Assembly: GCA_963667785.2 (NCBI GenBank)
Contig: CAXXMU010000001.1
Location: 160,001-224,000 of the forward strand
Direction: 5' to 3'
Origin: Alphaproteobacteria bacterium
GTDB lineage: Bacteria; Pseudomonadota; Alphaproteobacteria; UBA828
Length of the DNA stretch: 64,000 bases
Shown here: positions 1 to 10,855 of the stretch, piece after piece
Position numbering within the stretch: the stretch's first letter is position 1
Layout: each line of letters opens with the position of its first letter
Translations under genes and position numbers: made by a program
The notes under the pieces: generated by a model
What the model was told of the DNA's origin: nothing
Databases searched by the model: none
Seen by the model: the letters and a program-made list of their open reading frames with translations, nothing else

Positions 1-310
1 CATCCACAAGGACGCGAACAACCTGCTCGCCATGCTGTGGACCTGGCAGAACGGCGACATCGGCGACAACGAGGTCTATGGCGGCGACTTCAAGAAAGCG
101 CTCGCCGGCATCAAGGCCAAGGCCTTCGTGATGCCGGGGCGCACCGACCTCTACTTCCCGCCGGAGGACAGCGAGATCGAGGTCGCCAACATGCCGAACG
201 CGGAGCTGCGCGTCTTCGAGTCCTACTACGGCCACTTCGCCTCGAGCATGCTGAACCCGGCGGACGTGGCGTTCCAGAACGAGGCGATCAGGGAGATCCT
301 GGCGAGCTGA
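1..310 (+). CDS. Alpha/beta hydrolase (homoserine acetyltransferase-like), 3' part
   Basis: C-terminal motifs DLYFPPED and YGH typical of MetX-like alpha/beta hydrolases; truncated by the window start. Confidence 0.7.
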   Translation, partial: IHKDANNLLAMLWTWQNGDIGDNEVYGGDFKKALAGIKAKAFVMPGRTDLYFPPEDSEIEVANMPNAELRVFESYYGHFASSMLNPADVAFQNEAIREILAS

Positions 311-344
311 GGCGCGCGCGAGCAGGAGCCGCCGCGGGCGGGCG

Positions 345-1103
345 CTACCCCCGCCCGATGAAGGGCATCTTGGTCGCCATCACCGTCATGAACTGGACAT
401 TGGCATCCAGCGGCAGGCGCGCCATGTAGACCACGGCCTGGGCGACGTTCTCCACGTTCATGGTCGCCTCGGAGGCGATGGAGCCGTCCGCCTGCGGCAC
501 CCCCTGGCTCATGCGCTCGGTCATCTCGGTGGCCGCGTTGCCGATGTCGATCTGGCCGCAGGCGATGTCGTACTTGCGTCCGTCGAGCGAGGTCGACCGC
601 GTGAGCCCGGTCATGGCGTGCTTGGTCGAGGTGTAGGGCGCCGAGTTGGGGCGCGGCACGTGGGCGGAGATCGAGCCGTTGTTGATGATGCGCCCGCCCA
701 TGGGCTCCTGCGCCTTCATCATGCGGAAGGCCTCCTGGGTGCAGACGAAGGCGCCGGTGAGGTTGGTATCGACCACCTGCTGCCACTTGCCGAGGCGGAG
801 GTCCTCCAGCGGCACGGCGGGCGCGCTGATGCCGGCGTTGTTGAAGAGCAGGTCGAGCCGGCCGAACGCCTCCTTGGTCGCGGCGAAGAGCGCCGCCACC
901 TGGTCCGGCTTGCCCACGTCGCAGGGCACCGCGATCGCCTCGTCGGCGCCGACGCCGGCCTCGGCGATGGCGGCTTCCAGCGTCTCCCGCCGGCGGCCTG
1001 AGAAGACCACGGCCCAGCCGTCGGCGAGCAGCGCCAGCGCCGCCGCCTTGCCGATCCCCTGGCCCGCGCCGGTGACCAGCGCCACCTTGCGCTCTGCGTT
1101 CAT
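345..1103 (-). CDS. SDR family oxidoreductase
   Basis: TGAGQGIG Rossmann motif, NNAG, catalytic YTSTK. Confidence 0.95.
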   Translation of the reverse strand: MNAERKVALVTGAGQGIGKAAALALLADGWAVVFSGRRRETLEAAIAEAGVGADEAIAVPCDVGKPDQVAALFAATKEAFGRLDLLFNNAGISAPAVPLEDLRLGKWQQVVDTNLTGAFVCTQEAFRMMKAQEPMGGRIINNGSISAHVPRPNSAPYTSTKHAMTGLTRSTSLDGRKYDIACGQIDIGNAATEMTERMSQGVPQADGSIASEATMNVENVAQAVVYMARLPLDANVQFMTVMATKMPFIGRG

Positions 1104-1220
1104 CAGCTCTGCTCCCCCGACCCTGCCTCGGCACCGGGCACCTGCGCCGGTTCGACCGTCGGCCTCACGGGCGCCGCATATAGCATGGGGCGAAGGCGCG
1201 GTTAACGCCGCCCCGGCGCC

Positions 1221-2834
1221 TCAGCCCGCGCGCTTGCGCCGCCTGAGATCGTGGCAGCCCGTGACCTCTCGCGGGTCCGTATCGGTTGGGAAGAGGCTCA
1301 CCTTCCGCACCTTCTGCGTGCTGGTCACCGGCAGCGTCTCGAGGAAGAGCAGGTAGCCCGGCGCCTTGTAGTAGGCGAGGCGCGCGAGGCACAGGTCCTG
1401 CAGCGCTTCCGCCGCGTCCCTGTCCCGCGCGGCGCCGTCCGCCGGCACGATGCAGGCCATCACCTCCTCCTGCCGGAGCTCGTCCGGCACCGCGATGACC
1501 GCCGCCTGGGTCACGCGCCCGTCGGCCTGGAGCACCGCCTCGACCTCCGCGGCGGCAATGTTCTCGCCGCTGCGGCGGATGATGTTCTTCTTTCGGTCGA
1601 CGAAGCAGAGCATGCCGTCGGCGGCTCGGGTCACGATGTCGCCGGTGTGGAACCAGCCGCCCCGCCAGGCGTCTGCGGTCGCCGCCGGGTCCTTCAGGTA
1701 GCCCGAGAAGAGGCCGCGCGCCGGCTCGCCGCCGGTCATGCGCAGCGTGAGCTCGCCGGCGACGCCGGGCGGCACCTCGCGCTCCGCGTCGTCCACCACG
1801 CGCACCTCGCAGCCGGAAAGCGGGCGGCCGAAGGCGCGGGTCGCGATCTGCCGGGGCTCCGCGCTCGCCCAGGTGGGCATCGCCACCTCGGTCATGCCCC
1901 AGCCCTCGATCAGCGGGAAGCCGAAGCGCGCCTCGAACGCCTCGTGATGCTTGGGGTCGATGCCGGCGCCGGCGCCGAACCGCACGGCGTGGGCGCGGTC
2001 CTCCGGCCCCGGCGGCAGGCCGAGCAGGAGCGGCGGCATGATGCCGAGATAGTGGATGATGGTGGCGCGCGTCGCCGCCACGTCGGCCCACCAGCTCCGG
2101 GGGTGGAAGCGGTCGGCCATGACGATGCAGCCGGCCGCGCTCAGCATCGCCATGCTGCCGATGGCGAGCGCGTTGGCGTGGTGCAGCGGCAGCGGGTTGA
2201 GCAGCCGCTCGCAGCCGTCGGCCAGCGTCATCAGCCCGCCCGCCTCGCGATACCAGCGCGCCGCGTTGAGGAAGTAGCGGTTGGCGAGGATGCAGCCCTT
2301 GGGCCGCCCCGTGGTGCCCGAGGTGTAGAGCAGCGCCGCCTCGCTATCGATACCGGGGGCGGCAGCGCCGACGGCCCCGCCGCGCGGAGCCGGCAGCCGC
2401 GCGGGCAAGGCGGAAGCGTCGACCACCGGCAGCGCCCGGCCTGCCCCCCTGGCCGCAGCCTCGAGATCGGCCAGCCGCTCCGCCACCGAGACCGCGAGCA
2501 CCGCCTCGGAATGGTCGAGGAGATAGACCGTCTCGTCCTGCCGGTACGCGGGGTTGATGGGCACGATGCCGCAGCCCAGCGCGTTGAGCGCCCACCAGTG
2601 CAGGTGGAAGTCGGGCCGGTTCTCCAGCAGCAGCGCCACGCGGTGGCCGGGGCCGTAGCCCGCCTCGCGGTAGCGGGCGCGGAGCGCCGCCACCCGGTCC
2701 GCCGCCTCCCGGTAGCTGATCTCCACGCCGTCGGGATGGTAGGCGCGGCCCGCCATGGGGGGCGCGCAGAGGGAGCCGCCCTCCGGCGCCCGCCGCGCCG
2801 CAGCCTCGAACAGCTCGAACACCGTTTCCGTCAT
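1221..2834 (-). CDS. AMP-binding acyl-CoA ligase (CaiC-like)
   Basis: YTSGTTGRPKG, GWGMTE, GWFHTGD motifs; start at 2834 preferred, 2891 possible. Confidence 0.9.
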   Translation of the reverse strand: MTETVFELFEAAARRAPEGGSLCAPPMAGRAYHPDGVEISYREAADRVAALRARYREAGYGPGHRVALLLENRPDFHLHWWALNALGCGIVPINPAYRQDETVYLLDHSEAVLAVSVAERLADLEAAARGAGRALPVVDASALPARLPAPRGGAVGAAAPGIDSEAALLYTSGTTGRPKGCILANRYFLNAARWYREAGGLMTLADGCERLLNPLPLHHANALAIGSMAMLSAAGCIVMADRFHPRSWWADVAATRATIIHYLGIMPPLLLGLPPGPEDRAHAVRFGAGAGIDPKHHEAFEARFGFPLIEGWGMTEVAMPTWASAEPRQIATRAFGRPLSGCEVRVVDDAEREVPPGVAGELTLRMTGGEPARGLFSGYLKDPAATADAWRGGWFHTGDIVTRAADGMLCFVDRKKNIIRRSGENIAAAEVEAVLQADGRVTQAAVIAVPDELRQEEVMACIVPADGAARDRDAAEALQDLCLARLAYYKAPGYLLFLETLPVTSTQKVRKVSLFPTDTDPREVTGCHDLRRRKRAG

Positions 2835-2908
2835 CGCCGCTCCGCTTGCCGCTTCGTCGGTGGGCGCATACGGTGACGCCCGTTCCGCCATGCCATGAGA
2901 GTCAAGGG

Positions 2909-3157
2909 ATGGGCAGGTTCTACGAACCCGATCTCGGCCGCAATCCGGACGACCCTTTCGCCCGCGACGCGGACGGCAGGCTCATCCGCCGCGCCTTCTG
3001 GCTCGACTTGAGCGACCGTTCGCTGGTGCTGGCGATGATCCAGGGCGTGGGCGCTGCGCTCGCCAACGATTACAAGCGCGCGCATCTCGCCGATATCGGC
3101 CGCGCCCACCTGATCGACCAGGTGTGCATCCAGGAGATCCTGCCGCCCGAGAGATAG
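2909..3157 (+). CDS. Small hypothetical protein
   Basis: 82-aa ORF MGRFYEPDLG... with host-like codon usage, divergent from the ligase. Confidence 0.7.
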   Translation: MGRFYEPDLGRNPDDPFARDADGRLIRRAFWLDLSDRSLVLAMIQGVGAALANDYKRAHLADIGRAHLIDQVCIQEILPPER

Positions 3158-3176
3158 GCGGCGATCCGGTCGCGCC

Positions 3177-4085
3177 TCAGGTCTCCGCCGGCCGGCGCCG
3201 GGCGGCGTGGATCAGGAGTGCCACGCCCGCCAGCATCAGCACCGCCGCGCCCCAGGCATAGGCGCTGTGGCTCTCGTCGAAGAAGAGGATGCCCCAGCCG
3301 AGCCCGGCCACCACCACCACGTAGTTGAACTGCGAGAAGAACACCGGGCCGGCCGCGCGCACGATGATGAGGAAGGTGACGTACATGGTGATGGTGACGC
3401 CGGCGGCGCCCAGGATCGCGAGGTCCGCCACGGTGTCCGGCCCCGGCACCACGTAGGTCTCGCCCAGCCCGATCATCACCGGCGCCAGCATGATCGTCGC
3501 CGCCGCGCAGATGCCGCTCGCGAACGTGATGACCGGCGTCTCCGGCGGGTCGATCAGGGCCGCGAGGTTGTTGGTGAGCGCGAACGAGGCGGGCGCGAGC
3601 AGGGCGAGCAGGAACCAGACGACCATGCCGGGCTCGGGCAGCGAGAAGGCCGGTATCACCATCAGCAGGATGCCGCCGACGCCGCAGAGAACGCCGAGCA
3701 GGCTGAGCGCGCGCAGCCGCTCCAGCCGGAGAGCGAGCGCGATCATGTAGGTGATGGGGGGCGAGAGGATCACCACCATCGAGAGGATGCCGGTCGGCAG
3801 CTTCGGCGCGAGCCAGGTCATCAGGGTCACCGGCGCCGCGATGCCGAACAGCCCGATCACGAGATAGGCCTTGATGTGGCGGGCTTCGAGCCGGGGCAGC
3901 GCGCGGCGCCAGGCGGCGACGATCAGCAGCAGGACGGCGGCGCCGAGGGTCTGCCAGAAGGTGAAGGCGACGGGCGGCGTGCCTGCGTCCACCGCGATCT
4001 TGTTCATGGTGAAGATCAGCGGGTAGACCGCTCCGATCGTGAGCAGCAGGAAGATCGGGAGGGCGAGCGGCCCGCGGCGCCGCAT
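3177..4085 (-). CDS. DMT/EamA family transporter
   Basis: About 10 hydrophobic segments, two EamA-like halves. Confidence 0.9.
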   Translation of the reverse strand: MRRRGPLALPIFLLLTIGAVYPLIFTMNKIAVDAGTPPVAFTFWQTLGAAVLLLIVAAWRRALPRLEARHIKAYLVIGLFGIAAPVTLMTWLAPKLPTGILSMVVILSPPITYMIALALRLERLRALSLLGVLCGVGGILLMVIPAFSLPEPGMVVWFLLALLAPASFALTNNLAALIDPPETPVITFASGICAAATIMLAPVMIGLGETYVVPGPDTVADLAILGAAGVTITMYVTFLIIVRAAGPVFFSQFNYVVVVAGLGWGILFFDESHSAYAWGAAVLMLAGVALLIHAARRRPAET

Positions 4086-4106
4086 GGGGCCTGAGGGCCG
4101 GTCCTG

Positions 4107-4910
4107 CTAGCGCGCGCCGGCGCCGGCGGTGCGCTCCGGTTCCGCCAGGAGGCAGTCGTCGTCAAGCGGCTCCACGGGCGTGAAGTCGCGGTGCGCGATG
4201 TACTCCGGCCGCTGGAAGCGGCGGATCGCGTTGTCCACCCGGTTGGCCGAGAAGTAGACCGCGCGCCGGCCCCAGGGCGACATGTTGGGCGCGGACCCGT
4301 GCACGAGGTTGCAGTGGAAGAAGAGCGCCGCCCCCGGCTCGCCCTTGGGCGCGACGATCCCGCCGTCGGCCACCAGCGTCTCGATGGTCTCGTTGTCGAT
4401 GGTCCAGAGCGGGTAGCTCGTGGTGCAGAGGTCGTGGCCGGCCTCGATCCGCCCCCGCCGGTGCGAGCGCGGGATGAACATGAGCGGGCCGTTGAACTCG
4501 TTCACCGGGTCGAGGTAGACGGCGAGGTTCATGGCGTGCGGCGCCGGCATGTCGTCGTCCCGCGACCAGGTGCCGTAGTCCTGGTGCCACTGCCAGACGT
4601 CGCCGTCGAAGGCGGCCTTGGCGTTCACCTTGAACTGGTGGATGTAGACCGGGCCGCCGAGGATCTGCATCGCCGGCTCGACCAGGCGCGGATGGCGCGA
4701 GAGGCGCCAGTAGATGTCGCTGTAGGTGTGGACGCCGAAGGCGGTGCGCACCGCGCCGCTCAGCTCGCGCACGATCTCCGGCCCGGTGCGCGCGAAGATG
4801 GCGGGCAGCCCTGCGCGCAGCGCCGCCGTCTCGTCCGCCGAGAAGAGCTCCGGCAGGAAGAGGAACCCCTCGCGGTCCAGGGTCTCGCACTGATCGGCGG
4901 AAAGCTTCAT
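4107..4910 (-). CDS. Phytanoyl-CoA dioxygenase family (ectoine/proline hydroxylase-like) 2OG-Fe(II) enzyme
   Basis: WQWHQD HxD motif and HCNLVHGS...R; start MKLSADQ at 4910. Confidence 0.9.
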   Translation of the reverse strand: MKLSADQCETLDREGFLFLPELFSADETAALRAGLPAIFARTGPEIVRELSGAVRTAFGVHTYSDIYWRLSRHPRLVEPAMQILGGPVYIHQFKVNAKAAFDGDVWQWHQDYGTWSRDDDMPAPHAMNLAVYLDPVNEFNGPLMFIPRSHRRGRIEAGHDLCTTSYPLWTIDNETIETLVADGGIVAPKGEPGAALFFHCNLVHGSAPNMSPWGRRAVYFSANRVDNAIRRFQRPEYIAHRDFTPVEPLDDDCLLAEPERTAGAGAR

Positions 4911-5002
4911 CGGCCGTTCCGTCTTGCGTCTGCCTGCCAAATTGCGCCGCGCGTCCGCGCCCGTCAAGACGGTAGCCTGCGACGCGGTGCCCGGTGCGGC
5001 GT

Positions 5003-5596
5003 TCAGGCCGGGCGGTACTCCGCCATGGCATCCAGCAGCCAGCTCGCGAGGTAGTGGGCAAACGAATTCCGCACCGTTATCTCGTAGACAGGTTCCGCGC
5101 CGGTTTGGTGCAGGATGACCTGCGCTCGGGCCAGCGCCGTCTGCGCGCAAGCGCCGGGCGCGAAGGCACGCGGGTGGAGATCGAGCCGGCAGCCCTTCAT
5201 CAGCACGGTGCGGGCGTTGGCGCCGGTCAGCGCGAGCGTCGTGTACATGGCGCTTACGTCGGTGACCGCGTGGTGGCTGTCGGCAAGGGCGGCCCCGAGC
5301 GCGCCTGCGCGCGTGGCACCGTCGTCTGCGGGGCCGCACACCAGCCACTCGTTCGGCCCGAGCCAGAGGATGCTCCAACCGTCGGCAGCGGCGGCGCTGG
5401 TATTCGGGGCGAGCGGCAGGGTGCCGCCGAGCGCGGCGCCTGCGGCAGCCAGCGCGCCCCCGTCCTCCGGGTCGAGCCGGAGGTTGAGGCGTGCCCGGGC
5501 CGGGCACGCGGCGAGCGTGACGCCGTCCGCCTGCGCCGCCGCGAGCGCATCGGCGAGGGCCGCGAGCGGGCTCCGCGGCACGGGCTGCTCAGCCAT
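5003..5596 (-). CDS. soxG: Sarcosine oxidase subunit gamma
   Basis: LWLGPNEWLV, KGCRLDLHP, VRNSFAHY; operon context. Confidence 0.9.
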   Translation of the reverse strand: MAEQPVPRSPLAALADALAAAQADGVTLAACPARARLNLRLDPEDGGALAAAGAALGGTLPLAPNTSAAAADGWSILWLGPNEWLVCGPADDGATRAGALGAALADSHHAVTDVSAMYTTLALTGANARTVLMKGCRLDLHPRAFAPGACAQTALARAQVILHQTGAEPVYEITVRNSFAHYLASWLLDAMAEYRPA

Positions 5597-8594
5597 CCCG
5601 CTTCGCTCCTTCCGGATCGTAGAACACGGGCTCCGTGATCTTGCAGGGCAGGAAGCGGCCGTCGGGCGCCGCGTGGACCGTCTCGCCCATGCGGGCGCGG
5701 CCGCGCCGCACCAGGGCTAGCGCGATGGAGCGGCCGAGCGTCGGGCTCATGTAGCTGGAGCTGACGTGGCCGATCATCGGCACCGGCGCCCGGCCGGGTT
5801 TGTCGACGAGCTGCGTGCCTTCGGGCAGCACCTCCTTCGGGTTCTCGGTCAGGATGCCGACGAGCTGCTTGCGGTCCTCGCGCAGGTTGTCCGCCCGGCT
5901 CCAGGCACGCTTGCCCAGGAAATCCGGCTTCTTCTTGGAGACGATCCAGTCCATGCCGAGGTCCTGCGGCGTGGTGGTGCCGTCGGTCTCCTGGCCGACG
6001 ATGATGAAGCCGCGCTCGGCCCGGAGCACGTGCATCGCCTCGGTGCCGTAGGGCGTGATGCCGTGCTCCGCGCCCGCCGCCATCAGCGCCTCCCACGCGT
6101 GGCGCCCGTGGTGCCAGGGCACGTTGATCTCGAAGCTGAGCTCGCCGGTGAAGCTGATGCGGAAGACGCGCGCCGGGACGTCGGCGACCGTGCTCTCCTT
6201 CACGCTCATGAAGGGGAAGGACTCCGCATCCAGCGCGAGCGCGGGCGCCACGGCTGCGAGCACGTCGCGGGCCCTGGGGCCGGCAAGGGCCACGGTCGCC
6301 CATTGCTCGGTGACCGAGGTGCACCAGACCCTCATCTCGGGCCATTCCGTCTGCAGCCATTCCTCGAGCCACTCCAGCACGTGGGCGGCGTTGCCGGTGG
6401 TGGTGGTCATCAGATAGCGGTTCTCGCCGAGCCGCGCTGTCGTGCCGTCGTCGAAGACCATGCCGTCGTCGCCGCACATGAGCCCGTAGCGCACCCGGCC
6501 CACCTTCAGCGTCGAGAAGGCGTTGGTGTAGACCATGTCGAGCATCCGGGCCGCGTCCGGCCCCTCGATGGCGATCTTGCCGAGGGTGGAGGCGTCGAGC
6601 AGGCCGCAGGCCTCGCGCACCGCCCGGCATTCCCGCGCCACCGCCGCGTGCTTGTCCTCGCCGGGCTCGGGATACCACCAGGGCCGGTGCCACTGGCCGA
6701 CCGGCTCGAACACCGCGCCGCGCTCCTCGTGCCACTCGTGCATGGCGGTGCGCCGCACCGGGTCCATCAGGTCGCCGCGATCGCGGCCTGCCAGCGCGCC
6801 GAAGGTGACCGGCGTGTAGGGCGGCCGGTAGGTGGTGGTGCCGACCTCGGGCACGGTCTTGCCCAGGGTGGCGGCGAGGATGGCGAGGCCGTTGACGTTC
6901 GCCGTCTTGCCCTGGTCGGTGCCCATGCCGATGGTGGTGTAGCGCTTGACGTGCTCGACCGACCGGAAGCCCTCGCGCGCCGCGAGCCGGATGTCGGCCG
7001 CGGTCACGTCGTCCTGGTGGTCGACCATGTGCTTGGCCTTGCCGTGGCCGAGGGGCTTCAGGCCCGGCGCGAGCCAGTATGGCGTGACGGCGCCGGGCTC
7101 GGGCGCGTCCGTCGGCGGTGGCGGCGGTGGCGAGCCGTCGCCGAAGCCCGCCGCCCGAGCGGCCTCCGCGCCGGCGGCGCCGCCTTCCGCGAGGCAGGAG
7201 GCGAGGCCGAAGCTGCCGCCGGCGGCACCGGCAACCTGAAGTGCCTGCGTGGCCTCGCCCGGCAGCAGCACGCCGCGCGCCTCCTCGAAAGCCAGCCGGC
7301 CGCCCGACTGGCAGAAGAGATGCACCGCCGGGCTCCAGCCGCCGGAGACCAGGACGCTGTCGCAGTAGATGCGGTACCGCTCGCGGCTCAGTCCGCCGTC
7401 CTCGCCGAGCTTCGCGACGGTGACGGAACCCACCCGCTTCGCGCCGTGGGTGGCGGCGATGACGGAGCCGGTGTGGAGCGCAGCGCCCGCCTCCCTCAGC
7501 GCCGCTGCCAGTGGCGCCGCCGGCTCCGGCCGGCAATCCACCACCGCGCCGACGGTGCCGCCGGCCTCGACGATATCGTGCGCCGCCTCGTAGGCCGCGT
7601 CGTTGTTGGTAAACAGCACGGCGCGCCCGCCCGGCAGCGCCGCGTACTCGTTGACGTAGCGCTGGGCCGCGGAGGCCAGCATGATCCCGGGCCGGTCGTT
7701 GTCGGCGAAGACGAGCGGACGCTCGTGGGCGCCGGTGGCCAGCACCACCCGGCCAGCCTTGATGGTCCAGAGGCGCTGGCGGCTCGTGCCGGCTGGCCTG
7801 CGCGAGCCGAGATGATCGGTGCGGCGCTCCACCGCGCTGAGCGTGTTGTGATCGTAGTAGCCGAAGAGCGTGGTGCGGGTCAGCACGCGCACCTCCGGCA
7901 TGGCGGCGAGCCGCGCGGCCGAGGCTTGCGCCCATTCCGTGCCGTCCACGCCGTCTACGCGGTGGCGGAGGCCCTGCAGCGCGCCGCCGAGCGCCGGCTG
8001 CTCGTCCACCAGCACGACGCGCGCGCCGGCCTCGCCTGCGGCGAGCGCGGCGGCGATCCCGGCCGGGCCGGCGCCCACCACCAGCACGTCGCAGTGGGCG
8101 TGCATCCTGTCGTAGCTGTCGGGGTCCGGCGCGTCCGGCGCGTGGCCGAGCCCCGCCATGCGCCGGATGGCGGGCTCGTAGAGCGCCTTCCAGAACGACG
8201 CCGGCCAGAGGAAGGTCTTGTAGTAGAAGCCGGCCGGGAAGAGCGGGGCGAGCCGCCCGGTCCAGGCGGCGAGGTCGCAGGACACGCTCGGCCAGGCGTT
8301 GACACCCGAGGCGACGAGCCCGTCGTAGAGCTCGACCTGGGTCGCGCGCAGGTTGGGCTCCGTGCGCGCGCCCTCGCCGAGCTGCACCAGGGCGGAGGGC
8401 TCCTCGGCGCCGGCGGTGAGGATGCCGCGCGGCCGGTGATACTTGAAGCTCCGGCTTGTGAGGTGGGTGCCGTTCGCGATCAGCGCGGACGCGAGCGTAT
8501 CGCCGGCGAAGCCCCGGTAGCGGCGGCCGTTGAAGGTGAAGTCGAGCGGCTTCGTGCGGTCGATCCGCCCGCCCTGCTCGAGGCGGAAGCCCAC
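5589..8594 (-). CDS. soxA: Sarcosine oxidase subunit alpha
   Basis: GDTLASALIANG, RSFKYHRPRG, KRYTTIGMGTDQGK, GcvT-like C-terminus; GTG start at 8594. Confidence 0.95.
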   Translation of the reverse strand: MGFRLEQGGRIDRTKPLDFTFNGRRYRGFAGDTLASALIANGTHLTSRSFKYHRPRGILTAGAEEPSALVQLGEGARTEPNLRATQVELYDGLVASGVNAWPSVSCDLAAWTGRLAPLFPAGFYYKTFLWPASFWKALYEPAIRRMAGLGHAPDAPDPDSYDRMHAHCDVLVVGAGPAGIAAALAAGEAGARVVLVDEQPALGGALQGLRHRVDGVDGTEWAQASAARLAAMPEVRVLTRTTLFGYYDHNTLSAVERRTDHLGSRRPAGTSRQRLWTIKAGRVVLATGAHERPLVFADNDRPGIMLASAAQRYVNEYAALPGGRAVLFTNNDAAYEAAHDIVEAGGTVGAVVDCRPEPAAPLAAALREAGAALHTGSVIAATHGAKRVGSVTVAKLGEDGGLSRERYRIYCDSVLVSGGWSPAVHLFCQSGGRLAFEEARGVLLPGEATQALQVAGAAGGSFGLASCLAEGGAAGAEAARAAGFGDGSPPPPPPTDAPEPGAVTPYWLAPGLKPLGHGKAKHMVDHQDDVTAADIRLAAREGFRSVEHVKRYTTIGMGTDQGKTANVNGLAILAATLGKTVPEVGTTTYRPPYTPVTFGALAGRDRGDLMDPVRRTAMHEWHEERGAVFEPVGQWHRPWWYPEPGEDKHAAVARECRAVREACGLLDASTLGKIAIEGPDAARMLDMVYTNAFSTLKVGRVRYGLMCGDDGMVFDDGTTARLGENRYLMTTTTGNAAHVLEWLEEWLQTEWPEMRVWCTSVTEQWATVALAGPRARDVLAAVAPALALDAESFPFMSVKESTVADVPARVFRISFTGELSFEINVPWHHGRHAWEALMAAGAEHGITPYGTEAMHVLRAERGFIIVGQETDGTTTPQDLGMDWIVSKKKPDFLGKRAWSRADNLREDRKQLVGILTENPKEVLPEGTQLVDKPGRAPVPMIGHVSSSYMSPTLGRSIALALVRRGRARMGETVHAAPDGRFLPCKITEPVFYDPEGAKRDG

Positions 8595-8899
8595 TAGGCG
8601 CCCTCCGCCCCGTCGCCGGGCTGCCTCGGCGTCTCCGGCCGCGGCGCGCCCATGGGATAGATCGCGAGCACGTCGTTGCTGACCGTGTGGCGGAGCACGT
8701 TGAACCAGCGCCGGCAGCCGTCCCGATGCATCCAGCGCTCGGCGTGGACCCCCTTGGGGTTGGTCCGCATGAAGAGATAGTCGGCCCAGCCGGCATCGTC
8801 CGTCGCCGCAGGCTCGGGCCGGGCGATGTGGGCCTCGCCGCCGTAGCGAAACTCGGTCTCGGGCCGTGGGCCGCACCAGGGGCAGTCGATCCAGAGCAT
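8594..8899 (-). CDS. soxD: Sarcosine oxidase subunit delta
   Basis: MLWIDCPWCGPRPETEF...NPKGVHAERW...GCRRWF. Confidence 0.95.
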   Translation of the reverse strand: MLWIDCPWCGPRPETEFRYGGEAHIARPEPAATDDAGWADYLFMRTNPKGVHAERWMHRDGCRRWFNVLRHTVSNDVLAIYPMGAPRPETPRQPGDGAEGA

Positions 8900-8910
8900 G
8901 GCGTGCGTCC

Positions 8911-10161
8911 CTAGTGCGCCACGGCCGCCGCCGCGTGCTCGTCGATCAGCGTGCCCGAGGTGAAGCGGTCCAGTGCAAAGGGGGCGTTGAGCGGGTGCGG
9001 CTCGCCGGTGGCGATGGTGTGCGCCAGCACCCAGCCGGAGCCCGGCGTCGCCTTGAAGCCGCCGGTGCCCCAGCCGCCGTTGATGAAGAGCCCGTCCACG
9101 GGCGTCTTGCCGATGATGGGTGAGGCGTCCGGGCAGACGTCCACGATGCCGGCCCAGGAGCGCATCATGCGCACCCGGCTGAAGATCGGGATCAGCTCGA
9201 CGAGCGCCCCCATCTGGTCCTCGATGGTGTGCAGCCCGCCGCGCTGGCCGTAGGAGTTGGGCGGGTCGAGCCCGGCGCCGATCACCAGCTCGCCCTTGTC
9301 GGACTGGCTGACGTAGACGTGCACGCCGTTCGACATGATGACGCAGTGGAGCACCGGCTTGAGCGGCTCGGAGACCAGCGCCTGCAGCGGGTGGCTCTCG
9401 ATCGGCAGCCGGAAGCCCGCCATCGCCGCCAGCACCGAGCTGTGCCCGGCGACCACGATGCCGACCCTGCGCGCCGCGATCGCCCCTTGGGTGGTCTGCA
9501 CCCCGGTGACCCTGCCGCCATCCACGTCGATGCCGGTGACCTCGCAGTTCTGGATGATGTCGACGCCGCGGGCGTCGGCTGCGCGGGCGAAGCCCCAGGC
9601 GACGGCATCGTGGCGGGCGTTGCCGCCGCGCCGCTGCAGGGTGCCGCCCATGATCGGGTAGCGGGTCGTCGGCGCCGTGTTGAGGATGGGGCAGAACGCC
9701 TTGACCTCGTCCGCAGACAGGAGCTCGGCGTCCACCGCGTTGAGCCGGTTGGCGTTGACGCGTCGGGTCGCCTCCTGCAGGTCGTGGACGTTGTGGATCA
9801 GGTTCAGCACGCCGCGCTGGCTGAACATCAGGTTGTAGTTGAGCTCCTGCGCCAGCCCCTCCCACAGCTTGAGCGAATGCTCGTAGAGCGCGGCGCTCTC
9901 GTCCCACAGGTAGTTGGAGCGGATCACCGTGGTGTTGCGCCCGGTATTGCCGCCGCCGAGCCAGCCCTTCTCCAGCACCGCGACGTCGGTGATGCCGTGC
10001 AGGGCGGCGAGGTAGTAGGCGGTGGCCAGCCCGTGCCCGCCGGCGCCGATGATGACGACGTCGTAAGCCGGCTTCGGCGCAGGGCTCCGCCACTGCTCCG
10101 GCCAGCGCTCGTGGTGGCTCAGCGCGTTGCGCGCGAGGCTGAAGATCGAGAACTTCGTCAT
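8911..10161 (-). CDS. soxB: Sarcosine oxidase subunit beta
   Basis: [36 protein letters not shown], ends AAAVAH. Confidence 0.97.
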   Translation of the reverse strand: MTKFSIFSLARNALSHHERWPEQWRSPAPKPAYDVVIIGAGGHGLATAYYLAALHGITDVAVLEKGWLGGGNTGRNTTVIRSNYLWDESAALYEHSLKLWEGLAQELNYNLMFSQRGVLNLIHNVHDLQEATRRVNANRLNAVDAELLSADEVKAFCPILNTAPTTRYPIMGGTLQRRGGNARHDAVAWGFARAADARGVDIIQNCEVTGIDVDGGRVTGVQTTQGAIAARRVGIVVAGHSSVLAAMAGFRLPIESHPLQALVSEPLKPVLHCVIMSNGVHVYVSQSDKGELVIGAGLDPPNSYGQRGGLHTIEDQMGALVELIPIFSRVRMMRSWAGIVDVCPDASPIIGKTPVDGLFINGGWGTGGFKATPGSGWVLAHTIATGEPHPLNAPFALDRFTSGTLIDEHAAAAVAH

Positions 10162-10303
10162 GTGTCGATGCCCGAATACAGGAACCGCTCCGCCCTGTCA
10201 CTGGAAGGTGACGGGGCGGGCCGCGTGCGCGCCTTGACGGGGCAGGGCAGGGGGGCTACTTCTGCGCCTCCCGCGCACAAACTGACTCCGTGGAATTCGC
10301 GCA

Positions 10304-10855
10304 ATGGTCGATGTCGCGATCAAGTCGACGGACGGGCATCCGCTCGTCTTCCTGCCCCAGCACGACGGCTACGCCGACGAGACCCTGCGCACCATCCTGC
10401 GCGGGGTCGAGACCTTCGCCATGGTGGGCGCCAGCACCCACTGGCGCAGGCCCAGCTTCTACGCGATGAAGTACCTGACCAAGAAGGGCTTTCGGGTCAT
10501 CCCCATCAACCCCGGCCGGGCCGGGGAGACGATCCTGGGCGAGACCGTCTACGGCAGCCTCGCCGAGTTTCCCGGCAAGCTCGACATGGTGGATATCTTC
10601 CGCACCTCGGAGGAGGCGCTGGATATCACCAAGGACGTCATCGCGGCCAAGGACGAGAAGGGCATCGAGGTGCTGTGGATGCAGCTCACGGTGCGCAACG
10701 ACCATGCAGCCCAGCTCGCCGAGGAAGCCGGGCTCACGGTGATCATGAACCGCTGCCCCAAGATCGAGTACGCCCGCCTCTCGGGCGAGTTGAGCTGGAG
10801 CGGCATCAACTCGCGGATCGTCTCCGCCAAACGGGCAAGGCCGGTGAAGTCATGA
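10304..10855 (+). CDS. CoA-binding protein (YccU-like)
   Basis: MVGAS, DMVDIFR, WMQL, MNRCPKIE. Confidence 0.9.
   Translation: MVDVAIKSTDGHPLVFLPQHDGYADETLRTILRGVETFAMVGASTHWRRPSFYAMKYLTKKGFRVIPINPGRAGETILGETVYGSLAEFPGKLDMVDIFRTSEEALDITKDVIAAKDEKGIEVLWMQLTVRNDHAAQLAEEAGLTVIMNRCPKIEYARLSGELSWSGINSRIVSAKRARPVKS

Noticed and set aside
5254-8796. Very long alternative-frame and antisense ORFs (1180 aa, 943 aa and many similar throughout)
   Set aside because: Arg/Pro/Ala-rich shadow ORFs expected at this GC content, overlapping well-supported genes
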